A stretch of 43,782 bases of DNA from Chiloscyllium plagiosum (Eukaryota). The translations under genes were made by a program, and so were the position numbers. The notes beneath the pieces were generated by a model. The model ran no database searches. It was given only the letters and a program-made list of their open reading frames with translations, and was not told where the DNA came from. Numbering within the stretch: position 1 is the first letter of the stretch; each line of letters starts with the position of its first letter. The stretch lies in NCBI RefSeq assembly GCF_004010195.1, contig NC_057718.1, forward strand, positions 12,063,950 to 12,107,731, written 5' to 3'. Positions 25,442 to 37,863 of the stretch are shown piece by piece.

Positions 25442-26659
25442 CCTGTTCCCTGGATGCTGCCTGACCTGCTGTGCTGTTCCAGATAAATAAGATGGGTTTA
25501 GAGGGAAATGGGCCAAATGCTGGCAATGGGACTAGATTTATTTAGGATATCTGGTCGGGCATGGATGAGTTGAACTGGATGGTCTGTTTCGATGCTCTAT
25601 ATCTCCATGACTCTATCTATGACTGTATTTGGAACCTAAGTCTAGTACTTGTGGCTCAGGCCAATCTCCCACAGGCTGGTGTAAATTAAAAATGATTGAA
25701 GACAATAGCAGATTGGAAGGATTGACTCAAACTATAAAATGGGCATATATTTCACTGTGCAATAAGTGAATCTCATTTTTACAATGCTCATTTTTTCGAT
25801 CTTTAATAAATCTATTTGAGTGGAACCAGTAGCTTTAAAATCCATAATCTAATATTCTCATTCAATTTTTGTTCTGAAAATATATCGTACAGCACATGTC
25901 TATAATTAGCTTCTCTACTATTCTAGCATTCTTGGCATTACAAAGAATCGTGATAACACCAGGGGCTCAATCAAGTGTGGAAATTCATTGAGCCTGCCTC
26001 CTTGTCTTATCATATGCTTCGCGAGTAATTGTGCCCCTCAAGCTATGTTACCAGTTGCCTCTCTCTAATGGACAAAGATGCTTACAGTTCTTGTGGGCCA
26101 TGCTAATTATCTAACTGCATTGCAAAATTTGAGAAAATAATAATATTTTGATTTGTCAGCAAGGATAGTGCTGAAAAACCTTGACTTTGCGATCCCAACT
26201 CTTGCAGCATACATGATACAACAGTTTACAGGAACAGCTGAAGAGCTCCACATTTATCCTTGTAGGGATACCAATGGCACCTACCTGCCCTATGTATCTG
26301 ATAAATTAATGCCTGATAGTTATCAGGGGCTGAGAATTGCCTACACAACTCTTCACACCAACCTACCCACCACCAGACTCCAATCATATTAACACATATT
26401 ATACTGTAGAAGTATTTACATGTGTATTTGTATTATTATCTTCACACCAATTGACATTTGGCAGAACTTGTTTATATCAATTTTAAGCTTGATACAGGAT
26501 TTGAAGGTAACTGGTGTTATCATTCCTGCTGATGATAATACTGGACATGTTCATTCCTAGAAAGAAAACCAGACTTGAAAGATCATAAGCTTTATTTTTC
26601 TTTTGTTACCATAGAGGTCAGTTTTGAACATATTCATAAGCAAACACTCACTGATTGGG

Positions 26660-27700
26660 AAACAGGGATTGCAACGAAACCTGGTGTGTCCTCATACGTC
26701 GGTTTCTGAAAGTAAGCACGCAGGTGCCGAAGAAGACAACAGTATGTTAGTCTTCATAGCAAGAGAATTTGAGTACAGGAGCCGGGATATTTTGCTGAAA
26801 TTATACAGGATACTGGTAAAACCATACCTGGAGTTTTGGTTACCTTATCTGAGGAAGATTGTTCTGGCTTTTCAGGGAGTGCAAACGTTTACCAGAGTTT
26901 TACCTAGGATGGCGGGACTGATGTATGGGATAGAGACTGGATCAGTTAGAACTATGCAAAAGTGAGGACTGCAGATGCTGGAAACCAGAGTCTAGATTAG
27001 AGTGGTGCTGGAAAAGAACAGCAGGTCAGGCAGCATCCTACGAGCAGGAAAATCGATGTTTCGGGCAAAAGCCCTTCATTAGGAATAGAGGCAGGAAGTT
27101 TCCAGGGTAGAGAGATACAGAGTCTAGATTAGAGTGGTGCTGGAAAAGAACAGCAGGTCAGGCAGCATCCTAGGAGCAGGAAAATTGATGTTTCGGGCAA
27201 AAGCCCTTCATTAGGAATAGAGGCAGGAAGTTTCCAGGGTAGAGAGATAAATAGAGAGGGGGGGAGTGGGGAGAAGGCAGCAAAGAGTACAATAAGTGAA
27301 CTCGAGATTATAAGAATGGGGGAGTCTTATTGAAACCTATAAAATTCTAAGAGGATTAGAAATAATAGATACAGATGTCCTCAATGACTGGGATGTCCAG
27401 AACCAGAATGTACAGCATAAGAATAAGGAGTAGGTCTTTTACAGCAGAGATGAGGAGGATTTTCTTCACCTAGAGACTCATGAGCCTGTAGAATTCTTTG
27501 CCACAGGAAACTGGTAAGGCCAAAATATTGAAGACTTTCACGAAAAGTGTAAATATAGTTCATAGAACTAAATGGATCAAAGAATATGGACAGAAAGCAG
27601 GAACAGGGTACTACTGAGTTAGATGATCAGCTGTGATCATATTGAACGGTGGAGTTGGTTCAAATAGTTAAATAGCTATTCTGCTCCTATATTCTATTCT
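26660..27700 (+). mobile_element. Decayed CR1 3' fragment split by a PLE insertion
   Basis: MLVFIAREFEYRSRDILLKLYRILVKPYLEFW (ORF 26624-26965); resumes near 27300 with LIETYKILRGL and a CR1 3' UTR. Confidence 0.8.
26958..27297 (-). mobile_element. PLE 3' end with a 132-bp tandem-duplicated terminal repeat
   Basis: Units 26986-27117 and 27118-27249 (2 mismatches seen); tail only on the first; both carry the mutated core CTAATGA...GAAACATC on the minus strand. Confidence 0.88.
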
Positions 27701-28639
27701 ACTGCTGATTTTTTTTAACAAAAGAACAAGAAGTTTGTGACACAAAAGGAAAAACAGAAATTATACAGGAGCCACTGGAACACCCTAATTACAACAAACA
27801 GAAAGAAATATGCGCCCCTTTTACCTCAATAATAACACTACAAGCACTCAATCCTTAGTGAAGTGTCACCCCTTATAATAAAAACAGAAAATGCGAGAGA
27901 GGCTCAGCAGGTCTGGCAACCTACTGAATAAAGAAACATAGTTAATGTTTAAAGTTCAGTATGACCCTTCTTTAGAACCTATCATCACTTATCTACATGC
28001 TGTAGTTTCTTACTCAATTGCCCAGATAGAATAACTCTTGACATTAAGGGATTATTATAAATAACAGTGCAACGCTAAGAGGTCGAAAGAGTCGACAATA
28101 TTTACACAATTCACAATGAACACTTGTCCCACTTCACTTTCCAAATTTCTTTTTTAAGTAACCCTGTGCACTTCCTATAATCCTCAATGTCTACCATAAA
28201 CTTCCCTTTTTCATTCTTTCAGTAATCCAGTACACCCTCAAACATTAAGGGTTTCTTGGTCTTTTTTGCCCCCTGCACTGTCACCCACAAAAACAAACCC
28301 TTTACTGCAACGTGTTAGCTCTGCATTCTGAACTCATTCTATTCTGGTTCATATTGGGAAAGTTGATTTCCCCTGCTATTGTTACCTTATTATTTATAGA
28401 CTTCTCTAAGATTTGATTCCATATCTGTCTGCAATAATATCAAAACCTCAAATTATCATCTGCCTTACTCGAAGATTCCTTGCAATAAGATAAATGTTAT
28501 TTCGCCTGCGACACTGCCTTATGCCTAAACTTGACTCGACATGCTCTGCCCTCTATATTGACTTGATTTTTCTGGATTTGGCTGTGGATCACAACCTGTT
28601 TCAATTCCATTTCATATCCCATTACCGTACCATATTAAT

Positions 28640-29470
28640 TTAAACCCCCACAAACTGTGCAAACAATCTATCCCCGACATGGCAAGGATTTTCAACCCAA
28701 AACAAAGATTCAGTATAACTCACCTGACTTGTATAAGTCTGACCTTCTCCAGAAATGCAACCAGTGGCCCAGGAATCTAAAGCCCTCCCCTACTCAAACA
28801 ACTCTTCAGCCAGACATTCATCTGTTCTATTCGCCTATTCCTATGTTCATTGCCATGTAACACCATGTCTAATACAGAGAATAAAACATCCTGCTTTTTA
28901 ATCTGGTATTACAGCACCTTAAATTCTTGTTGTAGACCATATCCCTATTTCTACCTATGTCATCGGTACCACAACGTCTGACTGGTTGCCCTTCCCATTC
29001 AGAATGTTCTGCAGCCGTTCAGTGATATCCTTGACCCTGGTCTCATGAAGGAAACAGACCATCCTGGTGTAATGTATGCAGCCGCAGAGATGCCTGTCTG
29101 TATCATTCACCATTGCCCTTCCTCTCTTTTTTCCCTCCTTGTGTATCTGGACTCTGGTTGCACTCCTCAGAAGAACCATCATTCTCACTGTTCTGCAACA
29201 TGGAAAAATTGTTCTTGAGAGAGAGCTATGCTGGGAGTTTCCTGGCTATCTGGCTGCTCCCTTTCTTCATGCAGGTGGTCACCTAATTCTTCTCCAACTT
29301 CACTGCAACTTCACCTTAAACTGCAACTCTCAGCCCGGTGGTATGCACTGTGGACTTTCCAGCTGATGCGCAAGTTCCAAAAGCTTCCTGAAGATGTGGC
29401 CATCCAGACTGCTAGGAGTGTCCAAGACTTCCAACATACCACAGGCCTTGCAACACATGAGACTGAGCTC
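28640..29470 (-). mobile_element. Decayed CR1 ORF1 (SGNH esterase-like domain)
   Basis: Minus strand MVCFLHETRVKDITERLQNILNGKGNQSDVVV (ORF 28955-29188) and GEGFRFLGHWLHFWRRSDLYKSGEL (28790 to ~28715), resembling the CR1 ORF1 esterase blocks CLPGAxV..VVHxGTND and DGLHL. Confidence 0.78.
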
Positions 29471-29556
29471 ACCTAAAATATCTGAAAATAACTTCTAAAC
29501 TTAAAGATTGATTAGAAATATCTGTACAGCATAAGCAGTGAGCAAATATACATTAT

Positions 29557-29657
29557 AGGTGCTCTTGTGGTGCACTGGTAATGTATCAGGAGACCAGGTT
29601 TAAGTCCCACTTTTTCTAGATGCATATCAAAACATGTCGGAACAGGTTGCTTAGAAA
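29557..29657 (+). mobile_element. Short tRNA-derived SINE copy
   Basis: GTGGTGCACTGG A-box-like, GGTTTAAGTCCC B-box-like, ends GAACAGGTTGCTTAGAAA. Confidence 0.6.
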
Positions 29658-30057
29658 TGTGAGGGCATCAATGAACATTGTGGCTCTGGATGGCCTGAGC
29701 CATCCAAAGCCACAATACTGTGGTACTTAGCCCCAAGAATGCACAAGGAATCAAGGCGGCTGAAAACATGGTGAGCTTCTGGACAAACTGATCCCATCTC
29801 CCACACAGAACTTAGCACAGGCCCTCTACACAGATCCTCTCCTAGGTGGTGGCTCCCCACATTCTAAGCAGTCTCAGGGACCCTTCTATTATACTGTTGT
29901 TTTCATTTGATTTTGGTAGGTTTCTGCTCTAGTATTGTAAGTTTCTGTTGACCATTAAATTGTGTTTACATTTCGTAACCCACCAGGGGCTGTTAGCTTT
30001 TAAAAAGTAAAGAAGGTCGGAAAAGTTTCCCTCACTCAGAGTGAGAAGGCCCAGGTT

Positions 30058-30596
30058 CAATAGACAATAGGTGCAGGAGTAGGCCATTCTGCCCTTCGAG
30101 CCTGCACCACCATTCAATAAGATCATGGCTGATCATCCTTAATCAGTATCCTGTTCCTGCCTTATCTCCATAACCCTTGATTCCACAATCCTTGAGGGCT
30201 CGATCCAACTCTTTCTTAAATGAATCCAGAGACTGGGCCTCCACTACCCTCTGGGCCAGAGCATTCCACACAGCCACCACTCTCTGGGTAAAGAAGTTTA
30301 TCCTCATCTCTGTCCTAAATGGTCTACCCCGTATTTTTAAGCTGTGTCCTCTGGTTCGGCACTCACCCATCAGCGGAAACATGTTTCCTGCCTCCAGAGT
30401 GTCCAAACCTTTAATAATCTTATATGTCTCAATCAGATCCCCTCTCAGTCTTCTAAACTCAAGGGTATATAAGCCCAGTCGCTCCAGTCTTTCAGCATAA
30501 GGTAGTCCTGCCATTCCAGGAATTGACCTCGTGAACCTAAGCTGCACTCCCTCAATAGCCAGAATGTCTTTCCTTAAATTTGGAGACCAGAACTGC
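30058..30596 (-). mobile_element. Young CR1 3' end with open ORF2 C-terminus and (ATTGTCT)n tail
   Basis: QFWSPNLRKDILAIEGVQ...FRRLRGDLIETYKII...GYGDKAGTGY* in ORF 30143-30661. Confidence 0.93.
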
Positions 30597-31055
30597 CCTA
30601 GAGCTAAAATAACTGAAGGATCATCCAATGAGGCTTTCTGGATGGAGCCAAGAAATATCAAGGGGATGGTGACGTTATTGGGGTTGTACTGTAGGTCCCC
30701 AAATAGTCAGCGGGAATTAGATGAACAAATATGCAGGAAGACTTACAGGAGAATCTTTTTCCAGACTTGAAATATCAAATATGAGGGGTCGTGCTTTTAA
30801 GGTGTGAAGGTAAAGTTCAAAGGGCATGTGAGGGGCAAGATTATTACACAGAGAGTGTTGGAGCCTGGAACACAGTGCCAGGGGTGATGGAGGCTGAGGC
30901 AGATATGATAAGAACGTTTAAGAAACTTTTAGATAACCTCATGGATATGCAAGGAATGGAAGCCGAAGGGATTAGTTAAATTGGCATCATGTTCTGAACA
31001 ACATCATGGGCTGAAGGCCTGTTCCTATACTGTCCAGTTCTATGCTCTGTGTTCT
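30597..31055 (+). mobile_element. CR1 endonuclease fragment joined to a CR1 3' end
   Basis: EGSSNEAFWME..TLLGLYCRSPNSQRE, then VGAWNTVPG..FKKLLD and GGGCTGAAGGCCTGTTCC tail. Confidence 0.75.
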
Positions 31056-31059
31056 GTAA

Positions 31060-32017
31060 ACCTTTCCTATCCATGTACCCAGAGAGTACATTGTCATTGT
31101 ACCTGCCTCAATAACTTCGTCTGGCTACTCATTCCATAACCCCATCTAACCAGAACCCTCTGTGTGAACAAGCTGCCCCTCAGGTCCCTTTGATAGCTTT
31201 CCCCTCTCACCATAAACCTATGTCTTCTAGTTTTGAACTCCCCTACCCTGGGGAAAAGACTATTCTATTCACCGTATCCAAGCCCTTCGGGATTTTATAA
31301 ACATCTATAAAGTCACACCTCATTGTCCTACTCTCCAGAGGGAAAAGCCACAGCCTCTCCTTGTAACTCAATCTTTCCAATCACAGTGCACTTTAATTAC
31401 ATCCTTCTGATAGCAGAGCAACCAGAATTGTACACAACTACTCCAAATGTGGCCTTAGCAGTGGCTTGTACAGCCATAACATGACATTTCAGCTCCTGTA
31501 CTCAGTGCTTTGATTGAAGAAGGTAAGTGTGCCAAACGTATTCTTCCCTACCCTGTCTACCTGTGACACCACTCTCAAGGAACTATATACCTGAACCCTG
31601 AGGTCTCTGTGTTCAACAACACTCCCTGGGGCCTGAGCATTACCTGTGTAAGTCCTGCCCGGGTTTATCTTACCAAAGTGCAACATTTACCTGAATTAAA
31701 CTTCACCGACCATTCCTCGGCCCACTGACCCAGTTGACCAAGATCCTTTGTACTCTAAGATAACCTTCACTGTCACCAGGCCACCAATTTTGGTGTCATC
31801 TGCAACTTTATGAACCATGCATCCTACATGCACATGCAAATAATTTAAAGACCAAAGAGCACTCCAGCACAGGAACAGGCCCTTCGGCCCTCCAAGCCTG
31901 TGCTGACACATTTTGCCCTTCCCTTACAGGATCCGTACCCCTCTATTCCCCTCCTATTCCTGTATCCGTCCAGGTGTTTGTTGAATGCTGCTGTTGTATC
32001 TGCTTCCACCCCCCTCC
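31060..32017 (-). mobile_element. Two antisense CR1 pieces: RT C-terminus (~31060-31845) and a 3' end (~31850-32017)
   Basis: KVADDTKIGG, MLHFGKIN..DLRVQVYSSL, VEADTTAAFNKHLDGY. Confidence 0.8.
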
Positions 32018-32085
32018 NNNNNNNNNNNNNNNNNNNNNNNNNNNNNNNNNNNNNNNNNNNNNNNNNNNNNNNNNNNNNNNNNNNN
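32018..32085. other. Assembly gap (68 N)
   Basis: Run of n characters. Confidence 1.
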
Positions 32086-32778
32086 ATCCTCTGTTGTTCT
32101 TTAAAAGCTTCCCAGTCCTCCATTTTCCCACTTATCTTTGCTATGTTATACTTTTTCTCTTTTAACTTTATATGTTTCTTAACTTCCCTCGTCAGCCACG
32201 GCCACCCATGCCTCCTCCTAGGATCTTTCTTACTTTTTGGAATGAACTGATCCTGCAACTTCTGAATTGTACACAGAAATATCCGCCATTGTTCCTCCAC
32301 TGTCATCCCAGCTAAGGTATTGCACCATTGAACTTTGGCCAGCTCCTCCCTCATAGCTCCATGGTTCCCCTTATTCAACAGAAATATTGTCACTTCCGAT
32401 TGTACCCTCTCCCTCTCAAATTGCAGCTTGAAGCTTATTGTATTATGGTCACTACTTCCCAATGGCTCCTTCACTTCGAGGTCCCTGACCAATTCTGGTT
32501 CGTTGCACAATAGAATCCATCTCTGAGGCACTCCACAAAGTCTCTTTCTTGGGGTCCAATATCATCCTGATTCTCCCAGTCTACTTGCATGTTGAAATCC
32601 TCCATAACAACTGTAGTAACATCTTTGCGACAGGCCAATTTCAGTTCCTGATTCAACTTACATCCGACATCCAGACTACTGTTTGGGGGCCTGTAGATAA
32701 CTCCCAAGAGGGTCTTTTTACCCTTAGTATTTCTCAGCTCTATCCACACTGACTCTACATCCCCTGATTCTCGGATCA
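32086..32778 (-). mobile_element. CR1 APE endonuclease and linker fragment
   Basis: VESVWIELRNTKGKKTLLGVIYRPPN..MEDFNMQVDW and EPLGSSDHNTI..WPWLTREVK. Confidence 0.9.
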
Positions 32779-35701
32779 CCCACCTGCTCTAGAGGTGCAA
32801 TAAAGCACATAAACAGGTTGATTAGAAAGGAGAATTGTGCAGCATTTACCCTAGTGATTAGTTAGTGCTGGTTGATTCCACAGTACAAACACTGCCCAAT
32901 GTCTACCCACCAACTACCCAACTTATCTCCAATTTCCCAGAAGAGGTGGAGGTCCTTTTGAGATTCTCAAATACTCTGGTGTCAGGGCAGGAAGAGGAAT
33001 GGACTCATCAGAGGTATCCATGTCAAGGTATTACTCTCTTCCCTACTTTACTCTTGTCCAGCTTCTCAAACGAAACACTCCAGATTCCACTCTGTGTCGT
33101 TAACTGGGGCTTGACAACATCCCAGATATTTATCAGTCCCATTGGCTGGCAGCTCTCTATGCCAGAACGTCTTTCCGAGATGGGTACTGAAGTCCCATCC
33201 TGAGCCAATTGATGCTCCATTGAGTACATGGGCTCAAGGATGGACTCCCTGCTGATCTGAGTTGTTGGCAAGCATCATGTCCTTGTAAAATTCAAAATGC
33301 AGTATTCTACCATATTTTCTCCCTATTCTTTGCTCTTTTGTTACTTTATGCAGAAGCCACTGAAATGTTAGGGATCCAATTGTCAGTAGCCCAGGATAAA
33401 TGCAATTAAAGCAATTACAGCAATTTTAGAAATGTGGCCAGTTTTCAATTTACAAACATCTCTAGGCTTGTTTGCATGTAGAAATGTGAAGCCATGCCTA
33501 AACGACACTCATTCTCATCTTCTGCAGCTCAAGTACAAAGTTTCAGAGCATCGGACCACCAAAGCAGAGTTCCTATCATCTCATTCAACTCGAGGGAATT
33601 TTGATACTGACCATGCGTCCTCAGCTGTACAACACAAATTTCACATCGACTTTTGAGTGGAGTTATATGCTCCTGAGTCTCATGGCTATTACATCAGCGT
33701 ACTTACTGTAGAGTCATTATTGTAGGTTGGACCTGTTTTATTCTCAAGATTTATTGTGACATAAATTGCTGAGATACTGTGTCATTAGAGTGATGATTAA
33801 ATGATGCTCACTACTATTGCAAACAATCCAGCAAATAACAAACGACAAAAAATGCCATAAATTTCCAATCTCAGCAAATAGCCATTAAGTTCATAATTTC
33901 TCAGAAACTGTCCATTGAACTCAACTGCCATTGTGAAATTGGAGATGTATAATGTTATTAAAAAGTACTCCCATCCCTGTCCTCTTTTAGAACTGACAAT
34001 TAATTCTGTACCGAACCTTGTTAGTTACATGATTTATGGTCTTGATATGACACTGAACCTTGGAAGCCCATGCTATGGTATTGTATTCCAATCGTTAGCT
34101 AATTGCTTCTACAGGTTTTATTTTATTTAGTTTTTTTGCCGTTACTTTCATACCAATCTATATTTCTGTTAGTGTTAAAAGGTAATAATTTTCAAGAGGA
34201 ATTTATTTTAATGTAAATTTGATTTACTTTCAGGAAATAACTTTTCCTTCTAGTCTCCTTCTTTGTCCTCTCAATTGATTTCCTTTATTTTATATCCTTT
34301 CCTATCTGTGCTCTAAACCAACTTCCTTTCCAAGCTTTCACTCTGCCCCTTTATCTTTCATTGATTACAAACCATTGGGCGTGGCAACCATGATGCCCCA
34401 ATGGCAACAATGATCTCCATGTGACAATATATGATCAGGTTTCAGGCAAATTGTTTCATCAATCTAGTACAACATCAATGATAAATATTTTGTTTCTAAC
34501 TCCACAGATGCACCAGACCTGCTAATGTTTCCAAGGCCTTCCATTTTTTTATTTCAGATTTGCTGCATCTGCCACATTTTGCTTTTGTTGTACTAGCCCT
34601 CTGTGCTTTTGGCATGCAAATATCAAAATACCAAGGTATTCCAAGAAAAAAGTAATCCCTTCAAAATGTGTGGACTAAGTGTTGGAGTAACATTCAATTT
34701 TTGCAATGAGACTGATTTTTTTCTCCTTAACAAATGCCAAGAGACTATGTTGCTGTCATTTGCTCTGACAGATGTTGACTCCAATGAGTCAGTGCATAAG
34801 AGTTACAGTCCTTGATTTTCACTAGATGGCTGAGCTTCAGACCTCGTTGTGGTGAGATTTTAATTGATATTATTTTTTATTACAACTAACAGAAATATGG
34901 CAAGATCATAGTTTACTGCCAACATACATTAATGCTTGGCATCTTCTGTGGAATACAAATGTCATCTGAATGAAAGGAACTCAACTTTAATTTAAACTTG
35001 GCTGGCCCAGTGAGCAAACTTAGAGAAATTACAATAAAAACCAATGGAAATAATTCCACAACCAAAGCAATTATCTATTTTTATTGTCTATTCTGTTATA
35101 TCAACAATTAACATTACATTAAAGATACTTCTCACGCTCATATATATAATGCACAGGTATATGTGCACAAAATAATAGATTGAAAACCATTTCAATTGAT
35201 TTGGTTTATATTGTGTTTAAAACTACAATTTAAAACACAGACTTTTCCTTCTTCAAAGACTTCCGCTTTTCAGATGGGTGAAATGTTGAGAATTGCTGTG
35301 CAAACTGTCAAACACCGGACCTTTCAGGAAGTTCAAAAGTCTCGGCTATTCCAACCACCATAATTTCCATCCTCATCACTCTTCCTCAGAATGAAGGATC
35401 TGCTACAATCTCCTTATAAGGCTACACTGATACTGGCAGAGCAAACCCACAGATGTATCTAGGTCTGTTCATCAGCCTTTCTACTAAAATTTCACCCATA
35501 TTGCCCTAGAAATACATTAGGAGGAATGTGGAATTCCATCTTCAACAAATGTTATATATTTGAAAGGGCAATGGATATTCTTAACACATGTTCTGCTTAT
35601 GCTGCAATTTGGATAGCCCTGGCATACCTGTTTAAGGTAGCCTGGTAATCAGACTCTCCCATAGATGTGATATCATTCACATTTGCATGATTAAAAATCT
35701 A

Positions 35702-35865
35702 GAAGAAAGTGAGGACTGCAGATGCTGGAGATCAGAGTCAAGAGTGTAGTGCTGGAAAAGGGCTTATGCCCATTCCTGATGAAGGGCTGATGCCCGAAAC
35801 GTCAATTCTCCTGCTCCTCGGATGCTGCCTGACCTGCTCTGCTTTTCCAGTGGCACACTCTCGAC
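35702..35865. mobile_element. Rearranged foldback PLE terminal-repeat insertion
   Basis: Minus-oriented tail and partial arm 35704-35760, an isolated GGGCTTATGCCC hairpin 35760-35771, then a plus arm 35771-35865. Confidence 0.85.
35772..35807 (+). ncRNA. Minimal hammerhead core (intact core, helix I damaged)
   Basis: CTGATGA-A-GGGC-TGAT-GCCC-GAAA-CGTC at 35776-35803. Confidence 0.7.
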
Positions 35866-36280
35866 AATGAAAAGTCTGTCTGTTAAGTTCAGCCTTAGTG
35901 TATGCAGGCCCGAATTCAGGTGTTATATATGAGATTGTTCACTTACTAGGAAAGACTAGTTGAAGCAGCTTTCCATTACCTTAGTTATGGCTTTTATGAC
36001 TCCACATCCCTGTTTGCAACTTGGGGGCCTCACTGCAGACTTACCACAGTTATCAGGTTTTGGCATGGCTCTGCTTGCCCTGATTCAGGAATACTACTAT
36101 GGAGCTGATTGTCATTGTGCCCTAGCACAGATGTTTCACCGGAGTTCAACTCAGTTGTAAAGTTTGTATTTTCATAAGGGCTGCCTGGCTCCAATTGTTC
36201 ATCTTCTAACACAGGGTGGGCTGGTAAAGCCATAGTCCCACTTCAAAATGTTAACTTAAACTAAAGTTTATGATACTTTT

Positions 36281-37358
36281 AAGTTAAAAATCACAAAACA
36301 CCAGGTTATAGTCCAACAGGTTTATTTGGAAGTACTATCTTTCGGAGAGCTGTTGCTTACGAGGTAGCTATGGAGCAGGATAATAAGACACAGAATTTAT
36401 AGCAGAAGATTAGTGTCATGCAACTGAAATAATATATTGAACAAACTCAGATTACTATTAAGTCTCTCATCTTTTAGAATGGGTTGTAGGTTTCGGTTCA
36501 TTAATATGTAAATCCCAGAACATCTTTAAATCACATTCTCAAGATAACTTAAGGTTTTATAAAAAAAGGTGACATCTCAGCTCAGATAATGTATTAAAGG
36601 TGTGAGGTTAGAGTCTGTCTATATCCCAATCTTGAGTACGACTCATTCTATTTCCAAAGTAGGAAATTATAAAATGTTATATGGATTGACTGCCTGCAGA
36701 TTGTGTGCTTTTTCTGCAAAATAGAATGTTTCTCCAAATACAAATTCACCCCATAGACTTATATGCGTATGTGCATGTGAGTGTATGCGTGTAAGTGTGA
36801 GTACACGTGAGATAGTGTGTGCGCATGTGCACGTGCTTGGTAGAATGTGCGTGAGTGTGACAGAGTATAAGCATGTGAGAGGGTGTGTGTGTGGGTGTGA
36901 ATGTGGGGGATGTATGTGTATATCCATATGATATTTTTAAATTCATACTTTGGAAATAGAACCAGTCTGACTCAAGATTGGGATACAGACAGACTCTAAC
37001 CTTACACTTTTCATGCATTGTCTAAGCTGAGATGTCACTTCTTTCTTTAAAACCTTAAGTTATCTCAGGAATGTGACTTAAAAGAAGTTCTGGGATTTAC
37101 ATATTAATGAAACGAAACCTGCAACCCATTCTAAAAGATGAAAGACTTAACGGCAATTTAGATTTGTTCAATATATTGTTTTAATTGCATGACACTGTGA
37201 TCTTTTGCTATAAATTCTGTGTCTTGTGGTCCTGCTCCAGAGCTGACGAAGCAGCAGTGCTCTGAAACCTATGCTTCCAAATAAACCTGTTGGACTATAA
37301 TCTGGTGTTATGTAATTTTTAACTTTGTCCACCCCAGTCCAACACTGGCACCTCCAGA
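36281..37358. mobile_element. 1.08-kb foldback element with ~400-bp inverted arms and 13-bp duplication; probably a third PLE family
   Basis: TTATGATACTTTT at 36268-36280 and 37359-37371; arms ~36281-36686 and ~36922-37325; GT-rich spacer; decayed core CTGACGA-A-GCAGC-AGT-GCTCT-GAAA at 37243-37267; 33-nt unpaired tail. Confidence 0.88.
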
Positions 37359-37863
37359 TTATGATACTTTTGTAAGGCTGTAATTTCTGTAGTGTTATTT
37401 CTTTGCATCTGTATTCATTAGAAATCAATTTCCTTTGCCCTTATTCCTTTGCTTGGCCTTGAGTTTAGTTTGCATAATTTATTGTTCCACCTTTACTTTA
37501 ACTGGCCACTTGATTCAAAATATATCCAAGATATTTCACTATTTCTTTACATATTCTGTGGAAGTGTTGAAATCTGCCGCATTGGTTAGCACAGCTTATT
37601 TCACCTCTGGAAACTGGTTCGAACATCTGTCTGGCTGATAAGCTGAGAAGGCTCCTCTCCTTCAGGCTGCAAACATCTTAGGCAAAATACATCCAGGCAG
37701 TCCCAAACCAACTTGGCATGAGTTTACTGCACAAAACTGCCACAGATTTGGCATGGATTGGCAAACTGCCTTGAAGATACCAGAAGAATAATAAAGAAAA
37801 TTTAAATGCATTTCCATTTGGAAATGGGATACAAAATAGGTGCTAATTAGGGTGTTTTCTGCA

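Larger units (their letters stand above)
25262..25487. mobile_element. Young foldback PLE terminal-repeat insertion with 24-bp duplication, inside the CR1 3' end
   Basis: TAAGATGGGTTTAGAGGGAAATGG at 25238-25261 and 25488-25511; inverted arms separated by a short spacer (~25390-25403). Confidence 0.95.
23052..25623 (+). mobile_element. 5'-truncated CR1 LINE ORF2 and 3' UTR
   Basis: ORFs 23068-25400: GAKLDLLLGN..SDHNSI, NWRKANF, VPQGSVLGPLLFVIYINDL..SKFAHDTK, LEYCIQFWSP; tail CATGACTCTATCTATGACT. Confidence 0.93.

Noticed and set aside
31845..32531. 228-aa ORF, the longest in the track
   Set aside because: It spans the N gap and fuses two separate CR1 fragments.
32960..33280. Faint L1/Tx1 endonuclease-like words on the minus strand (GWDFST, LINIW, EKLD)
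   Set aside because: Spread over different frames and too weak without a profile search.
36030..36233. Minus-strand ORF with a GTAAGT donor-like site near 36040
   Set aside because: The peptide resembles neither WDR27 nor any family I recognise, and I saw no convincing acceptor.
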